NCBI GenBank assembly: GCA_021842145.1
Contig: JAKCBW010000002.1
Location: 3,954-67,953, forward strand
Length of the DNA: 64,000 nucleotides
Direction: 5' to 3'
Source of the DNA: Actinomycetes bacterium
Lineage (GTDB): Bacteria; Actinomycetota; Acidimicrobiia; Acidimicrobiales; Acidimicrobiaceae
The notes under the pieces were generated by a model that did not search any database, was not told the origin of the DNA, and worked only from the letters and a program-made list of their open reading frames with translations. This document shows positions 19,181 through 30,157 of this stretch, in pieces; positions within the stretch are counted from its first letter, which is position 1, and each line of letters opens with the position of its first letter. The position numbers and the translations under genes are program-made.

Positions 19181-20067
19181 TGTCTCACCAAGGGCCGGAA
19201 GGCACTGACGATATCATTTTGGACGATTCGGAAGGTATCTCAGATCAATCTGAGTTCACAACGGTAGTTTCTGAGGGGGAATTAGTAGTTCTGGTCGACT
19301 CAAGACAGAGAAAAACCATGTCTCGGGTGAAGGTAGGGGGTTCGTCCCATACTCATTGGGGAACCATACGACACGACGATTTGCTTGGAATAGGCTACGG
19401 TCAACAGGTGCTTTCCAGCAAGAACAAACCGTATCGCGTTTTCAAGGCGACCCTGTCGGAGTTTATCTACGCGATGCCCAGGGGAGCCCAGGTTATCTAC
19501 CCGAAGGATCTTGCTCAGATTTTATTTAGCCTCGACCTATTTCCTGGAGCGAGAGTTTTGGAATCTGGAGTAGGTTCCGGTGCTCTTTCAACCTCCCTAG
19601 TGCGTGCCGGGGCGTTGGTTGACGGCGTCGAATTACGGGAGGAGTTTGCATCAATCGCCATGAAGAATCTCCGCTCGCTAGTGACACCCGACCTATGGGA
19701 CAATTATCGTATTCGCTTAGGTAACGCTTATGAAGACGATCTTGGATCTGGTTATGATCGGGCGGTACTCGATCTACCTGAACCTTGGAAGGCGCTGGAC
19801 GGTGTGAGATCGGCGATCTCACAAACGGGAATTCTTTGTTGCTTCGTCACCAACATCACCCAACTCATGGAGTTGCATGAGGCTCTGCCACGAGCGGGCT
19901 TTACCTTGGTCACCTCGTCGGAGACCTTGGAGCGGGAGTGGTACTTAAACGGAAGGATCGCAAGACCGCAGCACAGGATGACGGCTCACAGCGGCTTCAT
20001 AACTACGGCGAGGGTAGCGCCACCAAGGAAAAGAGTTTCCAGCCAACCGATAGTTGATTTGCCATAA
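19180..20067 (+). CDS. trmI: tRNA (adenine58-N1)-methyltransferase
   Basis: SAM motif 'GARVLESGVGSGALS' and 'DRAVLDLPEPW'. The position upstream of arc/mpa matches the mycobacterial Rv2118c-Rv2115c arrangement. Confidence 0.85.
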   Translation: MSHQGPEGTDDIILDDSEGISDQSEFTTVVSEGELVVLVDSRQRKTMSRVKVGGSSHTHWGTIRHDDLLGIGYGQQVLSSKNKPYRVFKATLSEFIYAMPRGAQVIYPKDLAQILFSLDLFPGARVLESGVGSGALSTSLVRAGALVDGVELREEFASIAMKNLRSLVTPDLWDNYRIRLGNAYEDDLGSGYDRAVLDLPEPWKALDGVRSAISQTGILCCFVTNITQLMELHEALPRAGFTLVTSSETLEREWYLNGRIARPQHRMTAHSGFITTARVAPPRKRVSSQPIVDLP

Positions 20068-20301
20068 AGGGAAAGATGCTGTCGTCGATCTTATCGGCAA
20101 GACTATTCCGGCAAAAATATCTTCACAAAAGCATCAAGTGGCTAGGTGGTTCTCGTGGATGGACCCAGAGTAATGGGACTCCGGGATCATCCAAGGAGTA
20201 TTCGGCCGTTGAAGCTATGTTGAGGGCGCCACCCGTTCGCATCTAGTTCGGCATGCATAAAGTACCTATCAGTGTTACAGCGATGAGCGACACTTCAGGT
20301 C

Positions 20302-21060
20302 ATGGAACAACGGGTAGCTATCGGCATAGAATCAGAGATAGCTGCAAAAGAGTTCGGTGTGCACCCAGGGACACTTCGGCGATGGGAAGTAGAGGACTTC
20401 TAGAGGCGGCCGAGCGCACTGCTGATGGCACGGGACACTAAGAATTAGCCAAGTTGCACCACTTCGCTCCACGCCAGGCACCATTAGCGAGGGCTACGAC
20501 TGCCAATGCCAGAGTATTCACGGGCAGTCAGAGGGATGTGATCTCACCCGTGGTGGCGTTACTCGAATCATTCTATGCGGCCAATCGTCGGAGCTAACAG
20601 GTCATATCGGATGTGAGGTCTGGGATCAACCACCGCAGAAGGGTCTCCACCAACTTATCTCTCGGATATGTTCCGGCAATGCGGGTAGCCTCGTTTTTTC
20701 CCCACAACGACCGCTTGCTTCGCTTCGGATCGGTGCTTATGTTTTCCTGGTGACTGTAATGGTCAGGCTCGTTATCGTGCATGCGAGCATCAGCGGTGTC
20801 GATGCCAAAAAGGTCAACGCGGTCCACGCCAGCCAAACGTGTCCGGAACCGACCTGTGGGTATGTCCATGAGGACAACAGCGGAGGGGACAGGTTTCACT
20901 GCCGCAACCTATATTGGGATTGCAACTGGCAGGACTCCAAGCAGACTACGAAGGCGTAAGCCCCAAGTGGAAGGTGGCAACTCTTTCGATGCCACCGGCT
21001 CGCAGAGTCCCAAGCACACGGTGTGGTTGGGGAAGACTCAGCGGCTGGAGAGCGAAAACA
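20302..21060 (+). mobile_element. Decayed IS607/IS605-type insertion sequence relic (MerR-HTH fragment of a serine-recombinase TnpA, a C-terminal TnpB fragment, and a structured 3' tail)
   Basis: 20302-20400 translates to 'MEQRVAIGIESEIAAKEFGVHPGTLRRWEVEDF*'. After a frameshift it continues 'LLEAAERTADGTGH*', which is the IS607 TnpA N-terminal HTH pattern. A frame is open 20442-20959 and ends '...KGLHQLISRI..VDAKKVNAVHASQTCPEPTCGYVHEDNSGGDRFHC'. This is the TnpB RuvC-III/zinc-finger region with catalytic residues not recognisable. The recombinase catalytic domain and the N-terminal two-thirds of TnpB are absent. Confidence 0.5.
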
Positions 21061-21330
21061 AAAGATCCCTAGGAATGGCTATGTTTTCTGGAGCGGCTGA
21101 ATTTCCCCACTTAACAGGTCTTTCCAAATTATTCGATTTATCGAATAGCTGCCTGTCCGTGACCCACTGGTTGGATTAGCCCCGAAATGACCGAGGATCG
21201 CTTTTGAAATCTGTCAGGAATCGGTGCGAAATGAACACCCGGGGTTTATCGATGGCCTTCCTAGCTCCGCTCGTGGTCGAGGTCATAGTCATGGATTGCG
21301 ATGGAGTTCCCGCGAGTCAGCGGATAGCGA

Positions 21331-21567
21331 CTAAAGGTCCTCTACGAATATACATTCACCTGGACACTCTTCGGAGGCCTCTACGACAGCATCTTGTAAA
21401 TCGTCAGGTACGTCCGCCATTTGAGCGCTACCGCCCGGTTCGTTCAGGACGGTCGTCCCCTCCTTTACGTAGGCCAATCCGTCGTCCAAAAGGGTAAAAA
21501 CGGCTGGCGCAATCTCTTCGCAGAGTCCATCTCCGGTGCAGAGATCCTGGTCAATCCAGACCTTCAT
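21331..21567 (-). CDS. fdx: Small single-cluster ferredoxin (actinobacterial 3Fe-4S/4Fe-4S type)
   Basis: 'MKVWIDQDLCTGDGLCEEIAP' followed by 'ECPGECIFVE'. 78 aa. Confidence 0.85.
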   Translation of the reverse strand: MKVWIDQDLCTGDGLCEEIAPAVFTLLDDGLAYVKEGTTVLNEPGGSAQMADVPDDLQDAVVEASEECPGECIFVEDL

Positions 21568-21765
21568 CAAAAATTCCTCTCATGAATCAGTTAGCGGCAA
21601 GTCAACTATGTCGAGTAATAGGGCCTTAGCCGTTCAACAGTAATTAGTGAATCTAATCTGACTCTGAAAATATGGTGTTGCGAAGTCCAAGAGAAGCCAA
21701 AGCCATAGTTGCAATGTTGCAGATCTGGTGTAGCGTGAGGGTTAGCAGAGGCTCGGGAGGTGTTG

Positions 21766-23526
21766 ATGTCAGACGGTTTTGACCAAGGTGATCGCCTTGA
21801 AGCATCAGAAGGCTTGACGTCGGAGGAGCGGGTAAGGCTCCTCGAAGCTGACGTCTTGGAACTGAGGAGACGACTCCAAGACGCGCCAATGAAAGTTAGA
21901 GCCCTTGAGGAGAAACTGCTTGAGGTGTCGGGTCAACTGGCCCAGGCCGTGGCGAAGAACGAAAAGCTGACGTTTACCCTCCAACAGGCTCGGGAACACA
22001 TAGCAACCCTACGGGAAGAGGTAGAAAAGCTCACTCAGCCACCTTCCGCCTATGGGGTGTTCGTTGGATCTAACGATGATGACACTGTCGATATCATCAC
22101 CTCCGGCAGGAAGATGCGAGTCGCCCTCCATCCGGATCTTGAGCCCTCGGAATTGCGGCCAGGGCAGGAGGTAGTACTTAATGAATCCTTTTCGGTGATA
22201 CTGGCGAGGAATCCCGATCTTTCCGGTGAGGTCGTCACCGTAAAAGAGGTGATGGAGGATGGGAAGAGGGTACTGGTCGTAGGAAGGGCCGACGAGGAGC
22301 GGGTGGCTGAGATAGCCGGGGATTTACTAGGTACTAAGCTCCGCTCTGGGGATAGCGTTTTGTTTGATTCGCGTACAAACCTCATCCTTGAAAAGCTCCC
22401 TCGTCCTGAGGTCGAGGAGCTTGTCTTAGAGGAGGTTCCTGATGTTACTTACGAAGACGTAGGTGGCTTGGATCGGCAGATCGAGGAGATCACCGACGCG
22501 GTCGAGCTTCCGTTTTTGCATCGCCATCTCTTTGCTAACTACCGACTCCCAGCGCCCAAGGGCATTCTCCTGTACGGACCGCCAGGCTGTGGCAAGACGC
22601 TGATAGCTAAGGCGGTTGCAAACTCATTGGCAAAGAAGGTCGCCGCCCTTACAAACAACGCTGCGGTTCGATCCTATTTCTTGAATGTAAAGGGCCCCGA
22701 GCTACTAAATAAGTACGTTGGTGAAACCGAAAGGCAGATTCGATTAATCTTTCAGAGAGCTAGGGAAAAGGCCGAAGAAGGGGTTCCAGTTATCGTCTTT
22801 TTTGACGAGATGGACTCCTTGTTTAGGACTAGGGGAACAGGAATCAGTTCCGATATGGAGTCGACGATCGTTCCACAGCTCTTGGCCGAGATTGATGGCG
22901 TCGAAGCCCTTAGAAACGTCATAGTAATTGGTGCTTCCAACAGAGAAGACCTTATTGATCCGGCGATACTCCGTCCTGGTCGACTGGACGTGAAGATAAA
23001 GATCGAGAGGCCCGACGAATCAGCGGCCGCCTCGATCTTCTCACGCTACCTAACTCCCGATCTCCCATACGGCGCTTCGGAGATTGCGTCTCTTGGGGGT
23101 GGGGAGGTAGAAAAGGCCATTCGGGTAATGATTGAAAAGACCGTGAGGGAGATGTATCGAACCGACGAGGACAACAGGTTCCTCGAGGTGACTTACCAAG
23201 GTGGCGACAAAGAAATCCTCTATTACAAGGACTTCTCTTCGGGAGCGATGATAGAAAATATCGTGAGGAGGGCAAAGAAGCTGGCCATCAAACGTGAGAT
23301 CGCAGGCCAAGTGGGTGGAATTACGACTGATGATCTCATTCAATCGATTGCCAAAGAGTACAAAGAGCATGAAGATTTGCCGAACACCACCAATCCTGAC
23401 GACTGGGCAAAAATTTCAGGCAAGAAGGGTGAGAGGATCATTTACGTCCGAACGCTTGTTACACAAGGTAAGGAAGCAAAGGGTGGTCGATCCATCGAGA
23501 GGGTTGGAACCGGACAGTATCTATAG
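21766..23526 (+). CDS. arc: Proteasome-associated AAA ATPase ARC/Mpa
   Basis: N-terminal coiled coil, Walker A 'GPPGCGKT', Walker B '[10 protein letters not shown]', and the C-terminal proteasome-docking 'GQYL'. The ATG at 21766 is preceded by GGGAGG. Confidence 0.95.
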   Translation: MSDGFDQGDRLEASEGLTSEERVRLLEADVLELRRRLQDAPMKVRALEEKLLEVSGQLAQAVAKNEKLTFTLQQAREHIATLREEVEKLTQPPSAYGVFVGSNDDDTVDIITSGRKMRVALHPDLEPSELRPGQEVVLNESFSVILARNPDLSGEVVTVKEVMEDGKRVLVVGRADEERVAEIAGDLLGTKLRSGDSVLFDSRTNLILEKLPRPEVEELVLEEVPDVTYEDVGGLDRQIEEITDAVELPFLHRHLFANYRLPAPKGILLYGPPGCGKTLIAKAVANSLAKKVAALTNNAAVRSYFLNVKGPELLNKYVGETERQIRLIFQRAREKAEEGVPVIVFFDEMDSLFRTRGTGISSDMESTIVPQLLAEIDGVEALRNVIVIGASNREDLIDPAILRPGRLDVKIKIERPDESAAASIFSRYLTPDLPYGASEIASLGGGEVEKAIRVMIEKTVREMYRTDEDNRFLEVTYQGGDKEILYYKDFSSGAMIENIVRRAKKLAIKREIAGQVGGITTDDLIQSIAKEYKEHEDLPNTTNPDDWAKISGKKGERIIYVRTLVTQGKEAKGGRSIERVGTGQYL

Positions 23527-23555
23527 CCACTGGTTGCGAATGTAGATGGAGAGGG

Positions 23556-25055
23556 GTGAGCTTGTCGATTCCAAAGGTTTGTGGGATTGAAACTGAATAT
23601 GGCATTACGATGCCCAAGACGGCAGATGCAAATCCCATTACTGCGTCTTCGATGCTTATCAATGCCTTTGTAAATGAGATATCGGGAAAGGTGGGCTGGG
23701 ATTTCGAGGATGAAGCTCCCGGGCACGACGCTAGGGGCTTCAATCTCGAGGGATCATTGCCTCCTGAAGTCGAGACCCACTTGGTAAATACCGTGCTTAC
23801 CAACGGGGCAAGGTTTTACGTAGACCATGCACATCCCGAGTACTCCTCGCCTGAGTGTCTCAATCCAAAAGAAGCCGTGCTCTACGACAAAGCTGGCGAG
23901 TTGGTCCTCAGGAAGGCAATGTCCGCTGCAAAGAGGGCGCTACCTAATGAGCAGGAAATTGTGGTCTACAAGAATAACTCCGACCGAAAGGGCAACTCGT
24001 ATGGTTGCCACGAGAACTACATCATGGATCGACAGGTACCATTCAACAAGATTGCCAAACAGGTAACCCCATTTTTTGTTACCAGGCAGATATTTTGCGG
24101 TTCAGGCAAGGTGGGCAGTGAATTCCAAAATATTGCGAAATGGGAAGTACCATTCCAGATTTCCCAACGGGCAGACTTTTTTGAAGAGGTAGTTGGCCTA
24201 GAGACCACCCTTAAAAGACCGATTGTCAATACTCGGGATGAGCCTCACGCAGACGCCACGCGATATCGCAGACTTCACGTGATATTGGGTGACGCAAATA
24301 TGTCCCAGTTCTCAAGCTATTTAAAGCTCGGGACGACGGCCCTTGTGCTTTCGATGATCGAGGATTCCTTTTTGGATGAGGCCGATTTGGCGATCGAGGA
24401 TCCAGTTGGGTCGCTACGAAAGGTCTCTTGGGACCTATCTTTGTCGACCCAGCTTTCCAGAGTGAGTGGCGGAAGTATATCCGCCCTCGATCTCCAGTGG
24501 GAGTTTTTGCGACTAGCGCAGAAGTATGCAATCCAAAGAGGAACTGAAGTCATAGGGGGCGACGAGTTTGGAGAAGAAATTCTGCTTAATTGGGAAGAGA
24601 CCCTTCAGGCCCTTGAGGCGGATCCAATGTCTTTAGCAGACCGGCTCGACTGGGTTGCCAAATATCAACTAGTTTTAGGATACATGGACAGACATGGTCT
24701 GGAGTGGGATGACCCCAAGCTTGCAGCGATTGATCTTCAATACCACGACATCAGGCCTGAGAAGTCGCTGTTTTATCGTCTAGGGATACGATCAATTTGG
24801 AGTGATTCGGAAGCCGAACTGGCCACCCACTCTCCGCCCAGGGGGACGCGGGCTTACTTTAGAGGTAAGTGTCTTGAGAAGTACCCGAGAAATGTTGCCG
24901 CCGCCAACTGGGACTCGATAATCTTTGACCTTGGACGAGATCCCCTTAGGAGAGTTCCGATGATGGATCCCCTCAGAGGGACGGCGAAACATGTCGATGA
25001 ATTAATTGATAGATGTGATACCGCACAGGAGTTATTGGACGCTCTAGGAACTTAG
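23556..25055 (+). CDS. dop: Pup deamidase/depupylase Dop
   Basis: 'GIETEYG', 'YVDHAHPEYSSPE', '[10 protein letters not shown]' and '[20 protein letters not shown]'. Its position between arc and pup and its length of about 500 aa distinguish it from PafA. Confidence 0.9.
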   Translation: MSLSIPKVCGIETEYGITMPKTADANPITASSMLINAFVNEISGKVGWDFEDEAPGHDARGFNLEGSLPPEVETHLVNTVLTNGARFYVDHAHPEYSSPECLNPKEAVLYDKAGELVLRKAMSAAKRALPNEQEIVVYKNNSDRKGNSYGCHENYIMDRQVPFNKIAKQVTPFFVTRQIFCGSGKVGSEFQNIAKWEVPFQISQRADFFEEVVGLETTLKRPIVNTRDEPHADATRYRRLHVILGDANMSQFSSYLKLGTTALVLSMIEDSFLDEADLAIEDPVGSLRKVSWDLSLSTQLSRVSGGSISALDLQWEFLRLAQKYAIQRGTEVIGGDEFGEEILLNWEETLQALEADPMSLADRLDWVAKYQLVLGYMDRHGLEWDDPKLAAIDLQYHDIRPEKSLFYRLGIRSIWSDSEAELATHSPPRGTRAYFRGKCLEKYPRNVAAANWDSIIFDLGRDPLRRVPMMDPLRGTAKHVDELIDRCDTAQELLDALGT

Positions 25056-25065
25056 GAGACAGGTT

Positions 25066-25269
25066 ATGGCTGAAAGAGAGATGAAGAAAAGATCAGCTCC
25101 TTCGGCACGCGAGTCTGAAGAGGCACAGCCGCAGGAAGCATCGGGCAAGAACAAAGAGGGTGAGGATCTCAAAGCTAAACTCGATGCAGTGCTGGATGAG
25201 ATTGATGAGGTCTTGGAGGACAATGCCGAGGAGTTTGTTAGAAACTATGTGCAAAAAGGCGGCGAGTAG
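25066..25269 (+). CDS. pup: Prokaryotic ubiquitin-like protein Pup (C-terminal GGE)
   Basis: 67-aa acidic protein ending 'EEFVRNYVQKGGE', lying between dop and prcB. Confidence 0.9.
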   Translation: MAEREMKKRSAPSARESEEAQPQEASGKNKEGEDLKAKLDAVLDEIDEVLEDNAEEFVRNYVQKGGE

Positions 25270-25361
25270 AACACTTCAATTGTGACTTGATACCATTTTT
25301 GCCGAATCGATTAGGCCAAATTGAAATGAATAGATTGAATTGAAAGGAAGATGAGGAGATC

Positions 25362-26192
25362 TTGAGCCTGCCTATGTTCTCGCCCTCGGAAGATCCGGGT
25401 CCGAGTTTTGTTGAGGTAATTTCGCGAATATTGCCGGAAAAGTCGGCACTCCCTCGGCTAATTTCCGGTCCTGAAACAGTGAATTATCACCCCGGATCTC
25501 CAATCTCCGTACCCCACGGAACGACCATAGCGGCCGTTAGATACGCCGATGGTGTGATTATGGCGGGCGACCGCAGGGCGACCGAAGGCAATTTTATCGC
25601 CCATCGGAGGATTGAGAAGGTTTTTGCCGCCGACAGGCATTCAGCGGTAGCGATTGCCGGAGCTGCTGGCCCGGCCGTCGAGATGGTGAAACTCTTTCAA
25701 GTGCAACTTGAGCATTATGAGAAAGTGGAGGGCTCGGTACTGTCCTTGGAAGGCAAAGCGAACCAACTTTCACAGATGATTAGGGCAAATCTCCCTATGG
25801 CCATGCAGGGCTTGGCGGTCGTTCCGCTTTTCGCTGGTTGGGACATCTTAAGGCGCAAAGGACGGATTTTTACCTACGACATTACTGGCGGCCGATATGA
25901 AGAGGTTGATTATCATGCCACCGGTTCGGGGGGTCGAGATGCAAAGGCTACGATCAAGCTAGGATACCGAGATCAGCTGGATGAGACTTCGGCGGTGAAG
26001 TTGCTCATCTCGGCGCTCTTGGAAGCTGCTGAAGAGGATTCGGCTACCGGCGGACCAGATCCGGTGCGAGGTATATATCCGGTCATTGCGACGGTTTCTG
26101 AGCCGGGCTTTAAACGTGTTACCGATGAGGAGATCGCAGAATTGACACAGCAGGTGCTGGCGGATAGGGCCGATAGGGGCGTTGCACAGTGA
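25362..26192 (+). CDS. prcB: 20S proteasome beta subunit with propeptide
   Basis: The propeptide is followed by the processing site 'PHG|TTIAAVRYADGVIMAGDRR'. Confidence 0.9.
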   Translation: MSLPMFSPSEDPGPSFVEVISRILPEKSALPRLISGPETVNYHPGSPISVPHGTTIAAVRYADGVIMAGDRRATEGNFIAHRRIEKVFAADRHSAVAIAGAAGPAVEMVKLFQVQLEHYEKVEGSVLSLEGKANQLSQMIRANLPMAMQGLAVVPLFAGWDILRRKGRIFTYDITGGRYEEVDYHATGSGGRDAKATIKLGYRDQLDETSAVKLLISALLEAAEEDSATGGPDPVRGIYPVIATVSEPGFKRVTDEEIAELTQQVLADRADRGVAQ

Positions 26193-26866
26193 CGATGCCG
26201 TTTTACGTAGCCCCTGAGCAAGTGATGAAGGATAGGGCTGACTATGCCCGCAAGGGCATCGCCCGCGGCAGGGCCCTAATAGGTACCGTCTACCAGGGGG
26301 GAGTGCTGCTTTGTGCTGAAAACCCATCGAAGTCTCTCCACAAGATATCCGAGATTTATGATCGAATTGCCTTTGCGGGCGTGGGCAAATACAACGAGTT
26401 TGACCAGCTCCGGGTCGCAGGGGTGAGGCATGCTGACACCAAGGGGTATGCGTACTCTAGGGATGATGTCGACGCAAGGAGCCTTGCCAACATCTACGCA
26501 CAGTATTTGGGCCAGGTCTTTACTCACGAGATGAAGCCTATGGAGGTGGAAATTCTCGTTGCTGAGCTGGCACCTTTGACCCAAGTCGGTGAGCTCTACC
26601 ATATTCTTTACGATGGTACGGTCATGGACGAGAGCAATTTTTCGGTCATCGGTGGCGATTCAGAGACGATTTCAGAAAGATTCTCGGCGACCTTTAAAAA
26701 GGATTGGAACCTGAAGGAAGCTTTGAGAGCGAGTGTCGCCGCGCTAGCAGGACCAGAACGGAAGATACCAGTCTCGGAACTTGAAGCGGCAGTGCTGTCA
26801 GAATCCAATGGAAGGCGGGCATTTTCACGACTCGGTCAGTCTCAACTTGACGAACTACTGGCATAG
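26189..26866 (+). CDS. prcA: 20S proteasome alpha subunit
   Basis: '[26 protein letters not shown]' is the conserved actinobacterial PrcA N-terminus. It overlaps prcB by 4 nt. Confidence 0.9.
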   Translation: MTMPFYVAPEQVMKDRADYARKGIARGRALIGTVYQGGVLLCAENPSKSLHKISEIYDRIAFAGVGKYNEFDQLRVAGVRHADTKGYAYSRDDVDARSLANIYAQYLGQVFTHEMKPMEVEILVAELAPLTQVGELYHILYDGTVMDESNFSVIGGDSETISERFSATFKKDWNLKEALRASVAALAGPERKIPVSELEAAVLSESNGRRAFSRLGQSQLDELLA

Positions 26867-26874
26867 GGACCTCG

Positions 26875-28260
26875 GTGAGCGATATTTCCGAGGTGCGGCC
26901 TCCGGATAGAAGGATCTTCGGGTTAGAGAACGAGTACGGAGTTACATGCACCCTGAGGGGTCAGAGGCGTCTTTCGCCAGACGAAGTAGCCAGGTATCTT
27001 TTTCGCAAAGTGGTCTCCTGGGGTAGGTCGTCGAATGTGTTCCTAGAGAATGGTGCGCGTCTTTACCTCGACGTTGGTTCGCATCCTGAATATGCCACCC
27101 CGGAATGTGACAAAGTGGTAGACCTTGTCACACATGACAAGGCCGGCGAGAGGATCCTAGCTTCACTGGTTGATTCTGCGGAAGCAAGGATGAGGGGAGA
27201 GGGGATTAGGGGCACTATTTACCTCTTCAAAAATAACACTGATTCGGCAGGAAACTCCTACGGTTGCCATGAAAACTACCTCACCACAAGGGGAGATGAG
27301 TTTGCCAGGTTCGCCGAGGTTCTAATTCCCTTTTTTGTATCACGCCAGATATACGCTGGCGCCGGAAAGGTTCTTGTCACGGCGAGGGGCCCGATTTTCT
27401 GTATCTCCCAGAGGGCCGAACACATATGGGAGAGTGTCTCATCTGCGACCACCAGGTCAAGGCCCATCATAAACACCCGTGACGAACCCCATGCCGACGC
27501 AGAGCGTTTTAGGAGACTGCATGTCATCGTCGGAGATTCGAACATGAGCGAGTACACCACGTTTTTAAAGATTGGTGCCGCTGCGATCATGCTCCGCATG
27601 CTTGAGGACCCATCGGTAGTCCTTAGGGACTTGACCTTAGAGAATCCGATTAGGGCCATAAGAGAAATCTCTCACGATACTACCTGTTCGCGAAAGGTCA
27701 GGTTGGCCAATGGTAGGGAGTTAAGTGCCCTTGAGATTCAGAGCGAATACCTTGAAAGGGCCATTCGATATTCAGATTCGCAAGGTCTACCACCAGAAGA
27801 AATGAAGGCCCTTTCGATGTGGAGGGAGTGCGTAGAAGGCCTAGCGAGTGATCCAGGAAAACTCTCGGGAAAGGTCGATTGGGTTATCAAGCAGAACCTC
27901 ATCGATTCCTACAGGGTCAAGAATTCAGTTTCACTCGCACATCCTCAGGTAGCTCTTTTAGATCTCCAGTACCATGATATTTCTAGGGAGCGAGGTATTT
28001 TCTATCGACTTCAGAGGGCTGGCCTTTGTGAGCGTCTGACCGATGATGATTCGATAGATAAAGCGATGGAGTTTGCTCCCGAGACCACTCGAGCCAAACT
28101 TCGGGGAGAATTTATACGACAAGCAAAGGAGAAGAGGCGCGACTTTACTGTTGACTGGGTTCATCTGAAACTGAACGATCAGGCCCAACGTACTGTAATG
28201 CTAAAAGACCCCTTCAAGAGTGAAGACGAAAGAGTAGACAGGTTAATTGAAAGCCTGTAG
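26875..28260 (+). CDS. pafA: Pup-protein ligase PafA
   Basis: 'GLENEYG', '[14 protein letters not shown]', '[10 protein letters not shown]' and '[22 protein letters not shown]'. A Dop paralogue located after prcA. Confidence 0.9.
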   Translation: MSDISEVRPPDRRIFGLENEYGVTCTLRGQRRLSPDEVARYLFRKVVSWGRSSNVFLENGARLYLDVGSHPEYATPECDKVVDLVTHDKAGERILASLVDSAEARMRGEGIRGTIYLFKNNTDSAGNSYGCHENYLTTRGDEFARFAEVLIPFFVSRQIYAGAGKVLVTARGPIFCISQRAEHIWESVSSATTRSRPIINTRDEPHADAERFRRLHVIVGDSNMSEYTTFLKIGAAAIMLRMLEDPSVVLRDLTLENPIRAIREISHDTTCSRKVRLANGRELSALEIQSEYLERAIRYSDSQGLPPEEMKALSMWRECVEGLASDPGKLSGKVDWVIKQNLIDSYRVKNSVSLAHPQVALLDLQYHDISRERGIFYRLQRAGLCERLTDDDSIDKAMEFAPETTRAKLRGEFIRQAKEKRRDFTVDWVHLKLNDQAQRTVMLKDPFKSEDERVDRLIESL

Positions 28261-28268
28261 GAGACGTT

Positions 28269-28982
28269 TTGAATCAACCACCAGAAAGCTCATCCCCAGA
28301 GGAACAGAATCCGGCCGATTCGAACCCAGCAGATACATATCAGCCGTTAGTTGAAAAAGAAGCCGTCGGCGATTCTGCGACCCGGGATCGGCCACTTGGA
28401 GACGGTTCTACGAATACGTCCGGAGTTCGTACTCACCGGGTGACAAGAAAGTCGAATCGCTCGAGAGTCATCAAAGAGTGGACAGCCCTCGTTATCGTCG
28501 CAGCTGTCGTAGCCCTTGGGGTTCGGGCATTTGTGTTTCAGGCCTTTTTCATTCCTTCCGGCTCCATGTTACCTACCCTTCAGATAGGGGATCGGATTCT
28601 CGTAGACAAGCTGAGCTACGACCTTCACAAGGTAAATCGTGGCGACATGATCGTTTTTCGGACTCCGCCCGCCGATACCGGCGACCCTGGCATCAAGGAC
28701 CTCGTGAAGAGGGTTATAGGGTTACCTGGTGAAAGGATTTCTTCTTCTGGGGGATCGGTTTACATAAATGGGAAAAAGTTGCCCGAGCCGTGGCTCCCAC
28801 CGGATACCAAGACTTTCGGCATCACGCCTCAAACAATTCCGGCTGGCGAAGTATTTGTGATGGGAGACAATCGTGGCAACTCTAAGGACTCCCGAGTATT
28901 TGGCCCGATATCTGAAAAGCTTATAGTGGGAAGGGTGGAACTCATTTTTTATCCTCTTTCCCAGTTCCACCTCTACTGGTAG
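28269..28982 (+). CDS. lepB: Signal peptidase I
   Basis: An N-terminal disordered region and a TM helix, the catalytic Ser box 'IPSGSMLPTL', 'GDMIVF', 'KRVIGLPGE' and 'GDNRGNSKDSR'. Confidence 0.85.
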   Translation: MNQPPESSSPEEQNPADSNPADTYQPLVEKEAVGDSATRDRPLGDGSTNTSGVRTHRVTRKSNRSRVIKEWTALVIVAAVVALGVRAFVFQAFFIPSGSMLPTLQIGDRILVDKLSYDLHKVNRGDMIVFRTPPADTGDPGIKDLVKRVIGLPGERISSSGGSVYINGKKLPEPWLPPDTKTFGITPQTIPAGEVFVMGDNRGNSKDSRVFGPISEKLIVGRVELIFYPLSQFHLYW

Positions 28983-29091
28983 GGACGCACAAGATGGTCC
29001 TTCGGGTTGTTAGGAGAAATCCCTAAAAAAATCGTCGATTCTGCCGATACAGATAATGGATTTAGGATGATGCAAAGCGAAGGGAGTCGCA

Positions 29092-29451
29092 ATGCCAATA
29101 ATTAGGGCGACCTGTCCTACCTGTGGCGACGTGGAGTTTTCTCCGAGGCTGCTGAAGGTCATGGTCTGTTCTACCACTGGCGAAGCTTCTTACGGCTTTA
29201 AATGCCCCGCTTGTGAGTTACTGGTATCGAAGCAGACCGACAAGCAAGTAGTAGAGCTACTCGTAAGCACTGGGGTGGCGGTCTCCTTCTGGTCACTTCC
29301 CGAGGAGCTCTACGAGCAGCATGCTGGTGCGCCGATCGGATTCGATGACCTGATTGAATTTCATTATCAACTACATTCCGGTAACTGGAGCGAGCAACTC
29401 GTGAGCGAAATGAAGAATCTCACCCGTCACTTCGGCTCCGAAGGTGAGTAG
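29092..29451 (+). CDS. Hypothetical zinc-ribbon protein
   Basis: 119-aa ORF with 'CPTCGDVEF' and 'FKCPACELL', after an AAGGGAG Shine-Dalgarno sequence. Confidence 0.45.
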   Translation: MPIIRATCPTCGDVEFSPRLLKVMVCSTTGEASYGFKCPACELLVSKQTDKQVVELLVSTGVAVSFWSLPEELYEQHAGAPIGFDDLIEFHYQLHSGNWSEQLVSEMKNLTRHFGSEGE

Positions 29452-29622
29452 CTTTTCGGGCGTAAATGCTTATTTGTATCTTCCCAAATCTAAGTAGACC
29501 TGAATTCGGGACCGCATTGGGGGGTCTACTCCTTGAACTGGTGAGTATGTGACTGACTGACCAGAAAGTTAAAGTGCCTCAACGCATCGGCTGTGGAGAT
29601 CAGCAGTGGTTAAGATGATTTT

Positions 29623-30150
29623 GTGAGCTTCGATCCCAGCAAATTATTGATAGTGCTCGTGGTAGCCCTCATAGTATTGGGGCCAGAGAAGCTACCACAC
29701 TTCATGAGGCAGGCTGGCAAGTATCTAAATGAGTTCCGGTCGATGAGAGATCGCCTAAAATCCGAAGTGGACAATGCCTTGGGCGGTATAACTGGGGTGT
29801 CTACTGGGATAACAAGTCAGATAACGCAGCAGATCGATCCAATAAAGGATGTATTCGGGCAGTTCAGGGGACAGACCTCCAACCCCTTTTCAATCGGTGG
29901 AGCCGTAGGATCGATATTTGGTGGTTCTCCGGCGCAATCTGCCCAAAAGCCGAACGGGCTATTTTCCGGTCAAAGCATGGGTAACCCCCAAGAGCAGCCC
30001 TCGGAAGTATTGCCAAACACTTTCTATCAAGCGCAGAGACAGATAGCGGAGCACAAAGCGGCTAGCGTTGGCTCCAATGACTTTGTTCGGAGATGGTGGG
30101 ACGTTTCTGGTGAAGAAGGCTTCTGGGACGGTAATCCAGTTCTGAATTGA
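29623..30150 (+). CDS. tatA: Twin-arginine translocase TatA/TatB-family subunit (long C-terminal tail)
   Basis: 'LLIVLVVALIVLGPEKLPHFMRQAGKYLNEFR' is the TatA/B TM plus amphipathic-helix signature. It lies directly upstream of tatC. Confidence 0.75.
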   Translation: MSFDPSKLLIVLVVALIVLGPEKLPHFMRQAGKYLNEFRSMRDRLKSEVDNALGGITGVSTGITSQITQQIDPIKDVFGQFRGQTSNPFSIGGAVGSIFGGSPAQSAQKPNGLFSGQSMGNPQEQPSEVLPNTFYQAQRQIAEHKAASVGSNDFVRRWWDVSGEEGFWDGNPVLN

Positions 30151-30157
30151 GTTATCG

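Noticed and set aside
20750-21179. ORFs 20750..20959 and 20781..21179 as intact genes
   Set aside because: The first is only the tail of a TnpB-like frame that lacks a credible start and catalytic residues. The second overlaps it out of frame with no recognisable features. Both are treated as part of the IS relic.
21204-21497. 97-aa plus-strand ORF
   Set aside because: It is antisense to the well-supported ferredoxin gene and is Arg/Pro-rich, a typical shadow composition.
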